IMG/VR virus record: IMGVR_UViG_3300037116_000299
Location: 62,001-126,000 of that record
Length of the DNA: 64,000 bases
Strand: one strand, 5' to 3'
The notes under the pieces: generated by a model
What the model saw: only the letters and a program-made list of their open reading frames with translations
What the model was told of the DNA's origin: nothing
Database searches by the model: none
Translations under genes and position numbers: made by a program
Shown: piece by piece, positions 1 through 10,181 of the stretch
Position numbering within the stretch: position 1 is the first letter of the stretch
Layout: each line of letters begins with the position of its first letter

Positions 1-1562
1 TGGCCGGTCCGGATCTTATGAGCGTTCCGGATGATCAGCGAGTTCTCCGCCTGGCGGAAGATCGTCTCCAGCTTGGTCACGTGGACCCGGTTGGAGTTGA
101 TCAGGTCCCGCAGGACCATGCCAGGGCCGACTGAAGGCAGTTGGTCGATATCACCGACAAAGACTACCGAGCAGGCGTCCGAGACAGCATCCATCAGGGA
201 GTCCGCCAGCTGAATGTCCAGCATGGAGGCTTCGTCCACAACCAACAGGTCGCAGTGGAGCGGATTGCTGCGATCCCGCAGGAAGTCGCCCATCTCCGGA
301 TCCCATTCCAGCAGCTTGTGGATGGTCTGGGCTTCCTGTTCGGTCACCTCGGACATCCGCTTGGCCGCGCGGCCGGTAGGCGCGCACAGCTCCACCCTCA
401 GACCCAGGCGAGCGGCGGTGCGCAGGAGCATCTTCAGCGTCGTGGTCTTGCCGGTTCCAGGACCTCCCGTCAGAATCGACAGGTTGTTCAGGAGGGCGGC
501 GATGACCGCATCCCGCTGCTGTTCATTGGGGATTTGACCCAGGTCGGCTTCAACACGCTCCAGGGTCTCCTCGATGCCCCGAGGGGCAACGTGCAGGAAA
601 CTCTGCAGCTCGCCAATGCGGCGGGCCAGACGTACCTCCGCCTCATGAATGTGAGGCAGATAGTAGAAGACCCAGGGCTTTCCATTGACCTGAATCTCTT
701 CCTTCATCAAACGCTTGCGATCGACAGACCGGGTAATGGCGGCAATCGCCTCCAACTCCGGCAACTGCATCTCCTCGTCCTCGGTAACGCCGCGCCGGCT
801 GCTGGCAATCTTGCGGACTGCCGTAATCAGGTCCGCGGCGGGAAGGAAGCAGTGACCGTGACCGGTACCTTCGGTCACCACATGGGTCACAGCTGCCTCC
901 GTACGCTCCGGACAACGCTCAGGCCATCCCATGCGCTTGGCGAGGTCGTCGGCCTTCCTGAAGCCAATCCCGTCCACGGCCATGGCCTTGTACGGGTTCT
1001 TCTGGAGGGTCTCGGTGACCTTGTTGCCGAAGATGGCGATAAACCGCTTGGCCCATACATCGCCGATGCCGAACTGCGCCAGCCACAGACCCACCTGCCG
1101 AAGCAACGGATCGTGGTTCTCCAGCCAGGAGGCAGCAATCTTGTCGGCCTTTGCCTGGGTGATCCCCGGACATTCCGCCAACCGCATCGGCTGCTTGTCC
1201 AGGATCTCGATGATGTCGTGGCCGAAGTGAGCAGTCAGTTGTGCCGCTGTCTTCGGACCCACACCCTCGACCCAGCGTTCGAGAAAGCGTTGCTTGCCGA
1301 CCAGGCTGGTCGGGATTAGCTTCACGGCCTGGGACGCAACGAAGGTTGCGCCGTACTTCGGATCGTCCACGACTTTGCCGTAGAACTCGAACAGATCCTC
1401 TGGATCCCAGTCTGGAATCTCTCCTTTGACGGAGAGGTCGGGTCCTGGCTGTTCTGGATGAACACTCACGATCCGGAAGATGTTGCCTTCGGAGCTGGTG
1501 CCCTGGCGCGGATAGCGCTGCCACATGATGTTGCCCCGGAACTTCTGCAGATCGTCTTCCAC
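1..1562 (-). CDS. recD2: RecD2-type SF1B ATP-dependent DNA helicase (3' part runs off the window; absent from ORF track)
   Basis: Manual translation from GTG at 1562 gives DDPKYGATF, HhH motifs VEGVGPKTA and VDGIGFRKAD, Walker A LTGGPGTGKTT (~441-473) and VDEASML (~215-240). Confidence 0.9.
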   Translation of the reverse strand, partial: MEDDLQKFRGNIMWQRYPRQGTSSEGNIFRIVSVHPEQPGPDLSVKGEIPDWDPEDLFEFYGKVVDDPKYGATFVASQAVKLIPTSLVGKQRFLERWVEGVGPKTAAQLTAHFGHDIIEILDKQPMRLAECPGITQAKADKIAASWLENHDPLLRQVGLWLAQFGIGDVWAKRFIAIFGNKVTETLQKNPYKAMAVDGIGFRKADDLAKRMGWPERCPERTEAAVTHVVTEGTGHGHCFLPAADLITAVRKIASSRRGVTEDEEMQLPELEAIAAITRSVDRKRLMKEEIQVNGKPWVFYYLPHIHEAEVRLARRIGELQSFLHVAPRGIEETLERVEADLGQIPNEQQRDAVIAALLNNLSILTGGPGTGKTTTLKMLLRTAARLGLRVELCAPTGRAAKRMSEVTEQEAQTIHKLLEWDPEMGDFLRDRSNPLHCDLLVVDEASMLDIQLADSLMDAVSDACSVVFVGDIDQLPSVGPGMVLRDLINSNRVHVTKLETIFRQAENSLIIRNAHKIRTG

Positions 1563-1655
1563 TGATACCCCTGAACCTGACTAACAGTCAGTATGTCTTG
1601 CGGACGGTTATTTCCCTATAAGGGGAACTGCCTATATCCGTGTGAAATGCTGGTT

Positions 1656-1985
1656 CTATGCTGCTTTAGTGGTAGCGATCACACGCCCATGGCGCCGGAT
1701 CGGCGTAACCACAGCGAACTCGAGATCGAGCTGGCCTTCAGAGAAACTCTTGATGGGCACGGCACTGATCAGGTTCGCTTCACAGATCTGTTCGAGATCG
1801 ATGATCAACTTACCGGACAGGCCCCAGTCCAACTCGACCGTGAACAGTTCCTCGGCATCGAATTGCTCCCGCAGCTGGGCTCTTCCCAGCCGGATCGCGT
1901 CGGTTACAAGATCCGCACCGACACTAAAGTGCAGTTCAAGACCGGTCTTAGTCCGGTCGCCCAGACGAAACGTATATCGGTTCAT
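1656..1985 (-). CDS. hypothetical protein
   Basis: ORF MNRYTFRLG...TKAA, divergent from the XRE regulator. Confidence 0.55.
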   Translation of the reverse strand: MNRYTFRLGDRTKTGLELHFSVGADLVTDAIRLGRAQLREQFDAEELFTVELDWGLSGKLIIDLEQICEANLISAVPIKSFSEGQLDLEFAVVTPIRRHGRVIATTKAA

Positions 1986-2057
1986 ACTGTCCTTTCCCAA
2001 ACAGACTGTCAGTTGACAGGCGGTTCCATACCGTCCAACAATTGATGCAGAGGTTTC

Positions 2058-2486
2058 TTGATGCCGAAGGCAATGGGGCAGCGCACCAACACGCTCGGAG
2101 CACATATTCTGAAGCGCCGAACCGCCCTGGGGCTTACCCAGCGTGATGTTGCCCAGGCCTTAGGGCTTCGTACAGACGAGTTCGTCGGCCTGATGGAGCG
2201 AGGTCAGCGTCAGCCAAACTACGAACGGCTGCCGGAACTGGCGACTGCTCTCCAGACTCCGGTGTTTGTCCTCTTTCGCCTAGCGATCCGGGACGTCTAT
2301 CCCGGGCTGGCTCAGATCCTGTTCCGGAAAACCGTCGGCTTTCGCAAGTCCTCTCGGCCTCCGAAGACTTATGACCTCATGGACCGGCTGGACTCCTTAT
2401 CCCCGAACGTCCGGCGGACAATCATCGAGATGATCAACCGGCTGCACCAGGAACAGGATGCTCGGGCGGTGAAGAAGCGGGCGTAG
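2058..2486 (+). CDS. XRE-family helix-turn-helix transcriptional regulator
   Basis: RRTALGLTQRDVAQALG...VGLMERGQRQP HTH_3 pattern; one of very few plus-strand genes. Confidence 0.85.
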   Translation: MMPKAMGQRTNTLGAHILKRRTALGLTQRDVAQALGLRTDEFVGLMERGQRQPNYERLPELATALQTPVFVLFRLAIRDVYPGLAQILFRKTVGFRKSSRPPKTYDLMDRLDSLSPNVRRTIIEMINRLHQEQDARAVKKRA

Positions 2487-2602
2487 CGCCTGGGCAGGTG
2501 TCCAGATGATCCAGGAACTGTGAAGAAGGCACTGCGGCGCCGCATTCACACACGATCGGGCAGATGCACTTATAGCGCCGACATTCAAAACACATCGCTC
2601 CG

Positions 2603-3154
2603 TCACTCATGGAAATACGTCTCCTCGATCGTGCGATCAATCATTCCCTGCAGCTCACGGCCGATTCCAATCGAACGAAACTCCCAGTCTTGCAGGCTGG
2701 GATACGCTCGCGATTCCTTCAACTTGGTGGTCTGCACCGCCTGGCGGACCTTGAGCCCTCTCAGCATAAGCACCACAAACTGGCCATAGCTGACGGGTTC
2801 ACAAGGTAGCTTGAAGCGAATCCGGTTCACTCGTTCCAGCATGTCCGCCAGTTCCCGCGTCTCACGACCATTGGTCAGCTCATGGATGTTGGCCATTCGG
2901 AGCTGCTGGGCGTATACCCCTTTGATCTGCTGATTCCGCTCCCACTGACCCCGGAACTGAAGGTGACGAAACATCCGGGAAATAGGACGAAAGTCGTTGA
3001 GCGACTCGAGCGATTCCCGTCTCGCGTCCACCGCAACAAACCCAAACGTCAGAACTCCAAAAGGTGTATCCCCAGAAAAGGTGCAATCCAAGCCCGTCTT
3101 CGGCTCATAAAGCAGCGCGATATGCGACGGGTCATACGGCTCCCGCTTAGACAT
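2603..3154 (-). CDS. hypothetical phage protein
   Basis: ORF from MSKREPYD, coupled to neighbours. Confidence 0.6.
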   Translation of the reverse strand: MSKREPYDPSHIALLYEPKTGLDCTFSGDTPFGVLTFGFVAVDARRESLESLNDFRPISRMFRHLQFRGQWERNQQIKGVYAQQLRMANIHELTNGRETRELADMLERVNRIRFKLPCEPVSYGQFVVLMLRGLKVRQAVQTTKLKESRAYPSLQDWEFRSIGIGRELQGMIDRTIEETYFHE

Positions 3155-3407
3155 TGGGGAACATCGAACGGGTGGTAGGCTCCCGCTTCTCAACGACCGA
3201 CTGCACAAAGGTGATCTTGGCCGTGGTGATCTTGCGGCCGCGAATGGCAGGATGCTTGCGGATCTCTTTCCAGGCGCGGTTCAGCGCCAGGCCGGCGTTG
3301 CTGGCCTTGACGGTGGTGCTCTGGTAGATCCCGCCGCCCTTCAGCTCGGGGAACATGAAGTTCACGGCGAAGATGTGTTCGTTCTCTTCGTTCTTAGCTT
3401 TTGGCAC
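3147..3407 (-). CDS. hypothetical protein
   Basis: ORF in overlapping gene train with phage-like codon use. Confidence 0.6.
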   Translation of the reverse strand: MPKAKNEENEHIFAVNFMFPELKGGGIYQSTTVKASNAGLALNRAWKEIRKHPAIRGRKITTAKITFVQSVVEKREPTTRSMFPNV

Positions 3408-3810
3408 GTTTCACCTCGTAAGTATCTTGGGGCTTCCAGGCAATGATGATGTGCTTGAACTCCCACTTATCGCAGTCGTACCGGGAGACATCGACGAATG
3501 GGCCCTGAATGTTGGGACTCTCGTCGGCTGTCAGGATGAATGCCACCTGCACCCGGCCACCATGCTTCGGCGGCGTGGCGGCGCTGGTCCAACCATCTGG
3601 TGTTTCGCGCAGTTCGGCGATCTTCATGAAGACGTCGCGACTAACTCTCTTGTAATCGTCACGAAGATCATGCGAGCATGGCGGAATACGAATAGCGCTG
3701 GATAAGCTGTACGGCACGTAGTCGTGAACTGCGATCTGACAGCAACGCTTGCACACCAGGTAGTCACGGTGATAACCCTCGATCAACTCAGGTTCTTTGA
3801 GTGCCATCAC
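3394..3810 (-). CDS. hypothetical protein (CxxC)
   Basis: ORF overlapping both neighbours. Confidence 0.55.
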   Translation of the reverse strand: MMALKEPELIEGYHRDYLVCKRCCQIAVHDYVPYSLSSAIRIPPCSHDLRDDYKRVSRDVFMKIAELRETPDGWTSAATPPKHGGRVQVAFILTADESPNIQGPFVDVSRYDCDKWEFKHIIIAWKPQDTYEVKRAKS

Positions 3811-4307
3811 ACTTTCCTTTCGGGTATGCCACGGAGCGGCGCGCAGAGCGCTGCCAGCTCGCCCTTGCAGAAGAAGCCGACTGGGTCAGTCTCCCGCCAG
3901 GTGGTCTTGACTTCGTCGTACTGGATGAGGTGCTGTAACAGACGGCCATAATCGGCCAGCATGGGAACCATCTTGCGGGCGCCGGAACGAATCCAGAGTA
4001 CGTCGTAAAGGTGTTTGTCGACACCCAGGGCGGCGGTCTCGACGGCCCAACCTAGTTCAAGCGCTGGCTGCCAGTTTGATCCGATCATGATATCGACCAG
4101 GTTCTCGGCAGCCTGCAACGTGTGCTGACCCTTGACCCTGCGTGTGAACAACTTCTCAGCGATCTGAATCATGGGCCCGATGACGTACTCCATCGAGATC
4201 AGCAGTTTGCCATCGCTGGCCAGGTAGCTGTCCTTGATGACACTTCCCTGCCAGCAGGTCAGGTCGACCGGCCGGGCACTAAGCAGCTTCAGTTTGTTGC
4301 GTCCCAA
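3807..4307 (-). CDS. hypothetical protein
   Basis: ORF overlapping both neighbours. Confidence 0.55.
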   Translation of the reverse strand: MGRNKLKLLSARPVDLTCWQGSVIKDSYLASDGKLLISMEYVIGPMIQIAEKLFTRRVKGQHTLQAAENLVDIMIGSNWQPALELGWAVETAALGVDKHLYDVLWIRSGARKMVPMLADYGRLLQHLIQYDEVKTTWRETDPVGFFCKGELAALCAPLRGIPERKV

Positions 4308-5028
4308 GAGAGTCCTCCTGTCCTATCCAGGCATCTGCCAATTGCTTGCAGACGCCCAGACATTGCAATGCCACTGGATCGAGCGCGATCGGATTCGCTA
4401 ACGCAAAGTCCTTCAGGCGCTGGACAAGTCGCGGGTACTCCGCGACGTATTCTTCAGCGGTACCTCCGGTCCAGGAGTTGGGGTATCTCCAGAGATTGCC
4501 TGGGAACTCCTGATCGAGCCGGGCTTCCAGCTCGTTCATCTCCGGCACCTTGCCGCCGATCTGGTTGCGCCGGATCCTGAAGCCGCTCCCGCGGAAACGC
4601 GGGTGCACCTCGTGCATCTTCACGTAACGTGGTTTGCAGCCGGGCAAGATGACCCAGTCACCGATTTTGAGCCCCTGGTGCTTGCGGGCATGCGCGATCA
4701 CTTCGCTGCGCCACTGCCGGGCATGCTCGTTGGGAGGTTCGGGCACATCCTTGAAGAAGGTCAGCGGGCAGGTGTAATACCCGGGTCCTCCTGATTCACT
4801 GACGTCCTTGTAGCCCCACTCGTCCTTAGCAAAGCGCTTCATCATGATGCACACGATGAACCGTTCGGACTCAGTCGACCCGTCCGCTGTCCGCTCCAGA
4901 ACGACCCATAAGTTGTTGCCTTTGGTCACCTTCTTGAGGCACCGCGTCGTGTTTGCGCCCGATGTCCAGGACTTTGTCAGCTCCTCGATGAGACTCTTGC
5001 GATCGTAGTAGCCTGAACTCCATCCCAT
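4279..5028 (-). CDS. DUF6927-like phage/plasmid protein
   Basis: MGW start with SD; WGYKDVSESGGPGYYTCP...WR motif. Confidence 0.6.
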   Translation of the reverse strand: MGWSSGYYDRKSLIEELTKSWTSGANTTRCLKKVTKGNNLWVVLERTADGSTESERFIVCIMMKRFAKDEWGYKDVSESGGPGYYTCPLTFFKDVPEPPNEHARQWRSEVIAHARKHQGLKIGDWVILPGCKPRYVKMHEVHPRFRGSGFRIRRNQIGGKVPEMNELEARLDQEFPGNLWRYPNSWTGGTAEEYVAEYPRLVQRLKDFALANPIALDPVALQCLGVCKQLADAWIGQEDSLGTQQTEAA

Positions 5029-5038
5029 CACGTTCTCC

Positions 5039-5674
5039 TTAGGCTGCGACCTGGACGGCCGCGGCAATCTCGACCTCCAACAGAGGACACTTGCAGGCGA
5101 GTAGTTTGGCTTTACAGCCGTTGCAGAGGGCGAAGCCTTCCTTGTCGACCCGAAGCGGCTTGGGCTCGTCGAGCAGGCCAATCCGGAACAACTGACCGGC
5201 GGTGACCTTGCCTTTCGCGCCTGGCTTGGTCGGCATGGGAGCAAAGATATCGGCGATAATCCGGCCGTTGAGCGCCTCGTGGCACAGGAAATCAGCTTCC
5301 TTGTTGGTCTCGCGGTGATCCCAGTGCACCTTCATCGGCATCGGAATCCGCCGGCGCAGTTCCCACGCAGTCTCGCGCAGCTCATTCAACCGCGCATCCT
5401 TGCATTCGAACTTGCCCATCAGCTGGTTTGAAACCAGCTGCGAGTCCAGGTTGAACTGGAGCGCGTCGACGTCCGGATACTTGTCGAGGATTGTGGGTAA
5501 CGCATGCATGGCCAGGACTACACCCTGCCACTCCGCTACGTTGCTGGTGCCTTCAAGTATGCGGTTCTGAGCCGCAACGAAGGTGCCGTCTTCGAGCCGG
5601 GCTACGAAGGCGGCCGCGGCTTTGCGTTCGGCAGTGGTCCCGCCACCGCCGTCGGTATTGATGAATAGCTTCAT
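5039..5674 (-). CDS. rnhA: ribonuclease HI (archaeal-like type) with C-terminal Cys-rich tail
   Basis: TDGG, SNVAEW, LDSQLV and RETNKEADFL catalytic motifs. Confidence 0.85.
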   Translation of the reverse strand: MKLFINTDGGGGTTAERKAAAAFVARLEDGTFVAAQNRILEGTSNVAEWQGVVLAMHALPTILDKYPDVDALQFNLDSQLVSNQLMGKFECKDARLNELRETAWELRRRIPMPMKVHWDHRETNKEADFLCHEALNGRIIADIFAPMPTKPGAKGKVTAGQLFRIGLLDEPKPLRVDKEGFALCNGCKAKLLACKCPLLEVEIAAAVQVAA

Positions 5675-6207
5675 GCTGCTTTCAACATCGCAATCTCGCG
5701 GCGGGCGTACTGCTTCCGCGTCTTCAGGAACTTGTCGAAGGCAAGCTTGCGGGTGATTCCCTTCAGCGAGTCGATGATGCACTTGCCGGCCAGGTGATCG
5801 ACCTCGTGCTGGATAGTCCGAGCTTCCAGACCCTCGGCGATGATCGTGATGACCTCGCCATCCAGATTGTTGGCAGTAACCTCGATCTCATCGGAGCGCA
5901 ACATGCGGATCTCCATCCCAGGCATGCTCAGGCAACCTTCTTTGCCCCAGGTGCGCTCGGTGCTGAAGTCGATGATTACTGGGTTGATCAGGGCCTGCAG
6001 GGCGCCGCCGGATGTCTCGCGGTAGACAATGACCTGGGCATTGATGCCCAACTGATTGGCAGCCAAACCGTAGGCCTTGTGCTTCTCGCAGACAGCTTTC
6101 ATGTTCTCGACCAGCTCGGCGATGATGGGCATATCTTCGGGCACATCCACAGGAGCACAACGGGTCAGAAGCATGGGATCGGGGTACTCGATCAGCGAAT
6201 AGTTCAT
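5671..6207 (-). CDS. def: peptide deformylase
   Basis: Motifs GLAANQLG, EGCLS and QHEVDHL. Confidence 0.95.
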   Translation of the reverse strand: MNYSLIEYPDPMLLTRCAPVDVPEDMPIIAELVENMKAVCEKHKAYGLAANQLGINAQVIVYRETSGGALQALINPVIIDFSTERTWGKEGCLSMPGMEIRMLRSDEIEVTANNLDGEVITIIAEGLEARTIQHEVDHLAGKCIIDSLKGITRKLAFDKFLKTRKQYARREIAMLKAA

Positions 6208-6512
6208 TTCTTCTCCAGGGTGTCAACCAGATTCTCGAAGACGTTCTCTACAGCGCGCACACCTGCGAAGAAGTGCGGAGCCTTTTCTGGCGGGGTTCGA
6301 TCGCTATCAGGGCCTGCGCCCACGTGCAGGGTGTCCATCAGGCCGATGCGGATCTTGGTGGCGGCATAGTAGTCCAATGCTCTTTGAAGGCGGGCTCTCA
6401 CGGCAGAGACATCCTTGATGTCAGAAGCCGGTCCGCGCAACATCTCCTTGAACTGTTCCGGTCGACTCTCGATCAACGCGATGACCGCGTTCAGTGCAGT
6501 GTTCAAACTCAT
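6204..6512 (-). CDS. hypothetical protein
   Basis: ORF with ATGA overlap to def. Confidence 0.6.
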   Translation of the reverse strand: MSLNTALNAVIALIESRPEQFKEMLRGPASDIKDVSAVRARLQRALDYYAATKIRIGLMDTLHVGAGPDSDRTPPEKAPHFFAGVRAVENVFENLVDTLEKK

Positions 6513-6525
6513 GGGAATCCTTTCG

Positions 6526-6837
6526 TTACTCGCCGCGGCGAATCTTGTGAAACGCTTCGGAGGATACTTCCTTCACAAAGCGGTCTTCTTTGTCGCCCAG
6601 GACTTCGGGCTTCTTGAATCCCTTGCGGTTCCAGCGATCGAGTCCGCACCACCAGCTGCCTTCTTCTTCCACTCCACACTCCAGACAAATCCGGATGGGG
6701 TGAGCGACGAAGGGCTCTGAATGCGTGTAGTGGCCGACGTGCAGGTGCGGACAGGCGGCTTGCGCCGCTGTCAGGCGCTCTGCGTACTCTTTCCGAGCCG
6801 CCGCGGCACAGACTGTGATCTCTTGCAATACCGTCAT
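6526..6837 (-). CDS. hypothetical protein (CPH...CLECG, possible Zn-binding)
   Basis: ORF with Cys/His motifs. Confidence 0.55.
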   Translation of the reverse strand: MTVLQEITVCAAAARKEYAERLTAAQAACPHLHVGHYTHSEPFVAHPIRICLECGVEEEGSWWCGLDRWNRKGFKKPEVLGDKEDRFVKEVSSEAFHKIRRGE

Positions 6838-7434
6838 TTACATCACCCAATGAAGCTGTGGTTCAACTGGTTCGTGGAACAGAAGGTCGTACTGCGCCAG
6901 GATGCCCAAATTCAGAGGCGCCAGGCCGGGATGAAATACCTGCTCAGAGTCGTTCTGATACCGCAAGCGTTCGGGAACAAGGTCCCGCGGGCAAAGCACG
7001 GTCGGGATCGTGTCCGCTGCCAGGGACATGCCCAACAGGAAAGGATTCACCAGCTCGGGGCCGGCGAGGTGCTCGAACGAAGTACGAAAGATCTTGTCCT
7101 TCTGCACTGAGGTGCCGATCTGCTGGCAATAGAGATTGGGAACTTCGCGGCCAGGAGGATACACATCCAGGTGCCAGCGCCACAGTTGGTAGGGCATGCG
7201 GTCCAGCTCCGCCCATTCCATGTAGCGACTGACGAAGGTGTGGCTCACCATCAAGTGCATGCTGGCCTCCTGGGTCTCCTGCACCTTGACGGTGTACGGA
7301 GACTCCTTCGGATCCAGGACAAAGCTGATCAGCTCGCCGCGCTTGTTGAAGCACGTAATGCCGACCCGGCTCATGTACACGTACTCGAGGCTGCCTTCGA
7401 TCATGATGCGTGCTGCTGCAATTACTTCAGACAT
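6838..7434 (-). CDS. hypothetical protein
   Basis: 198-aa ORF abutting the next gene. Confidence 0.6.
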   Translation of the reverse strand: MSEVIAAARIMIEGSLEYVYMSRVGITCFNKRGELISFVLDPKESPYTVKVQETQEASMHLMVSHTFVSRYMEWAELDRMPYQLWRWHLDVYPPGREVPNLYCQQIGTSVQKDKIFRTSFEHLAGPELVNPFLLGMSLAADTIPTVLCPRDLVPERLRYQNDSEQVFHPGLAPLNLGILAQYDLLFHEPVEPQLHWVM

Positions 7435-7489
7435 ATAAACCTCAGACTCGCAAGCGGAACTTTACGTTCCGCTTGCAAGTCATTGATTC

Positions 7490-8080
7490 CTAGAATGGAA
7501 TGTCGTCATCGACCATGGTAGCGGCCTGTGACTGCACGGGCGCCGAACGCTGGGCCGGAGCCGAGCGCTGCTGCGTCTGAGCCGCCGGACGGGAAGCCTG
7601 CTGGGCAGGAGCCTGGCGGCTGTTCCCATTGCTGTTCCCGTTGCCGTTGCCGTTGGAGGACTGCTGACCGTTCCCGTTGGACTGCTGGCCGTTGCCGGTC
7701 TTCGGAGCCACGCGGTAAGGACCGGTGACGTCGCGACAAATCGCGCGAACTCCGAGGGCCTGGGAGTCGATGATATTGCCCGACTCTTTGTCCTTCTTCT
7801 CGTAGTTCTTCATCTCGAGTTCGGCTTCGAGAACGACGATGGTGTCGCCGACCGCAAACCGATCACAGATGTACTGCGCCTGCCGCCCGAAGGACACGCA
7901 ATTCACCCAGGTCGTGTGGTACGCCGTGGGCTGATCGCTGCCGGGCCTCATGTCACCCTTGCCTTCGCCAACGTACTTGTCGGTGGCGACGCTAAAGGAG
8001 GTCCAGGCTTTGTCGCCCTCGCCGTTGAGTATCGGCTGCTTGCCGATCTTGCCTTCGAACTGTGTCTTGATTGCTGCCAT
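7490..8080 (-). CDS. ssb: single-stranded DNA-binding protein
   Basis: OB-fold motifs FSVAT and TTWVNCVSFGRQA, Gly/Asn/Gln linker, C-terminal DDDIPF. Confidence 0.92.
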   Translation of the reverse strand: MAAIKTQFEGKIGKQPILNGEGDKAWTSFSVATDKYVGEGKGDMRPGSDQPTAYHTTWVNCVSFGRQAQYICDRFAVGDTIVVLEAELEMKNYEKKDKESGNIIDSQALGVRAICRDVTGPYRVAPKTGNGQQSNGNGQQSSNGNGNGNSNGNSRQAPAQQASRPAAQTQQRSAPAQRSAPVQSQAATMVDDDIPF

Positions 8081-8203
8081 GATTCTTGTCCTCTTTCATC
8101 CGGCTAGCACCGGGCTTAGTTACATTGCACAACATCCATGCTGACTACCAAACACCAACTGACAGTAAGTCATGGAATCTCGTAAAGCTCTAAGCGGAAG
8201 CGC

Positions 8204-8389
8204 TTAGACCTCAATCTCTATGCCGTCTTCGACAATCGAAGTGATCTCCTCACCCTTGAGGGTCTCTTCGTTTACGGGAGCGATCGTGCGATCCTTCTCC
8301 CATAGAGCTTTGGCTTCAGCGCCCGACTTTGCTTTGATCTCGTAGGTGCGCTCGATGACTCGCTGCGCGTAGATGGTGTAGGTCTTCAT
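8204..8389 (-). CDS. small hypothetical protein
   Basis: ORF with SD, coupled to upstream gene. Confidence 0.55.
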   Translation of the reverse strand: MKTYTIYAQRVIERTYEIKAKSGAEAKALWEKDRTIAPVNEETLKGEEITSIVEDGIEIEV

Positions 8390-9507
8390 CAGCCCTCCTT
8401 GGCCGTTTCCCGCTGATAGCGGAACTCACATGTGGCCGCACTTCCCTGCTCGATCTCGGACCACTTGAAGAGGCACGGATCGGTCAGATAATTGGCGTAG
8501 GGATTGATCTCGAGCAGACGGGTCTTGAGGCGGTAGTACACTCCTCCGCTACCGCTGATCCAGGGATCGATCGTGCACGGGTTCACCGGATCCCGCTCTT
8601 CGCGCTCCAGGAACACGTCGAAGACCACCGAATCCACATGACACGCGTCACGGAACTCCAGGTCAAAGAATCGAGTAATCGCCTGCCGGATCTGAGCAGC
8701 GTACTTGCTGACCTCAGGATGAGTCGCCCGGTAGTTGTACTGACTGATGCCGACCAGTTCCCGATCCTTCATAAAGCAACGGAACTCGCACCAGTCCGGC
8801 ATCGCGATGCCCTTGCGGACAAAGATGTGAGGCGCATACTTCATGGCCAGCTGAGTCTGCAGATCCTCATAGATCCGCTCCGTGCCGGCCGTGAGCAGCT
8901 CGAAGGCCTGCTTGCCACTGGTGATCTGGCCATTAGGCACCTGGCCCCTGGCGTCGATACCCCAGTACATCGCGTCCTTGGGACTGCGCGAACCCAGGCG
9001 GATGAACGCCTTGTCGTAATGCCGGATCATGTGATCCAAGTGGTCGATCATCAGGTCCTTGATCGTCTCGTGGTTTTCCGGCGCGCTGAAGGCTTCACCC
9101 AGCTCGGCGTTGTAACTGCCCAGGGTCTCGGCTTGCCCCCGACTGAGCTTCAGATACATTGACGGAATCGAGAGATCCCGCAACGCCTTCGGCCAGTTCT
9201 CAAGGTAGGTCGGAAGCGACAGCTCCCACATCGAAGGCTTGGGCGCATACTTCTCATCCCGCGGCTTCTTCGACCACTCGTCGAACGCGGCCGCGTGCGC
9301 TGCCATCAGTGCCTTGGCGACCAGGATCCGTAAAGGGGACCCGGGTTCCAGAGTGTGGGGATTGATCTCGTGTAGCGGGACGCCGGCAACGCGGTTGCAG
9401 CCCTCACAAGGATGGGTGATGTGGCTGAGGCAGCCTGCGTGATCGCAGGGCTGTCCACGTTCCAGAACGGGCATAGCGTCTCCTAAAACAGCAATGGCTC
9501 GCGTCAT
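8389..9507 (-). CDS. Cdc123/D123-like (R2K clade) ATP-grasp protein
   Basis: FIRLGSRSPKDA, EFRCFMKDRELVGISQY, VVFDV and LLEINPY motifs. Confidence 0.75.
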   Translation of the reverse strand: MTRAIAVLGDAMPVLERGQPCDHAGCLSHITHPCEGCNRVAGVPLHEINPHTLEPGSPLRILVAKALMAAHAAAFDEWSKKPRDEKYAPKPSMWELSLPTYLENWPKALRDLSIPSMYLKLSRGQAETLGSYNAELGEAFSAPENHETIKDLMIDHLDHMIRHYDKAFIRLGSRSPKDAMYWGIDARGQVPNGQITSGKQAFELLTAGTERIYEDLQTQLAMKYAPHIFVRKGIAMPDWCEFRCFMKDRELVGISQYNYRATHPEVSKYAAQIRQAITRFFDLEFRDACHVDSVVFDVFLEREERDPVNPCTIDPWISGSGGVYYRLKTRLLEINPYANYLTDPCLFKWSEIEQGSAATCEFRYQRETAKEG

Positions 9508-9986
9508 GAGGCGCGAGCCTGGGGTACGACCCCTAACTTGTTGAGCATCGAGATGTCGAGTGTCCACACGTGCAGGCTCCGTTGAGCCCACAGTTCGAAC
9601 GCACCCTCAGCGTAGTAACGAGCGTCCGCCAAGGACCATTCGTTGACCTTCGCCAGGTGAGCCAAAGCTTCATTGACGCGGCCGCGGCTTTCCGCCAGGC
9701 CGATGTGCTTCACCTCGTGGCAGGACGGACACAGCGCCAGCATGTCGGTAAGCGCCTGGATTCGTTTCTGGTCGTGATACTGCCATTTCTCGTGGCATTC
9801 GACCGGCCACTTGGGCCCCACACCGTTGCAGATCTCGCAGCGATAGTGCGCCTTGCGATAGGCCATCCGCTTGATCCGGGTCCACATCTCGGCCGTGACT
9901 TCCGATCGCACGTTCGAGAACCAACACGTGGATGGCACTAGTTCGATCGTGAGTCTGGGCGGTGTTAGTCCGTCAATACCTGGCAT
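9504..9986 (-). CDS. HNH endonuclease-family protein
   Basis: IELVPSTCWFSNVRS, CEIC, ECHEKW, LCPSCHEVKH. Confidence 0.85.
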   Translation of the reverse strand: MPGIDGLTPPRLTIELVPSTCWFSNVRSEVTAEMWTRIKRMAYRKAHYRCEICNGVGPKWPVECHEKWQYHDQKRIQALTDMLALCPSCHEVKHIGLAESRGRVNEALAHLAKVNEWSLADARYYAEGAFELWAQRSLHVWTLDISMLNKLGVVPQARAS

Positions 9987-10181
9987 GAATTCCTTTCACA
10001 ACGATCAAGCCTTCCCTTCCCACTCATAGAAGCGTCCGTATCGATCCGGCAGCAGCTACAGGTCTAAGTGCGGGTCTAATCTCCAAGGGAAGACCTGACC
10101 CGAGCAGGAGCCGAGGTTCTGTAGGCTGGTCCTGCTCGTTTCCGGGGTTTCCTGATGTAAGGACCGCCGGGAGATCAATCT

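Noticed and set aside
141-1319. 392-aa plus-strand ORF (likewise 36610-37614, 41804-42910, 46312-47370, 61878-63311)
   Set aside because: These are antisense shadows of recognisable minus-strand genes in GC-rich DNA and carry no motifs of their own
7560-7700. Short repeats in ssb (GNGQQS, NGNGNG)
   Set aside because: Ordinary low-complexity SSB linker
10000-10175. Hairpins between the HNH and ASCH-like genes as an ncRNA or intron
   Set aside because: Stems are present (CGAGCAGGA/TCCTGCTCG), but there is no recognisable motif and too little support to call
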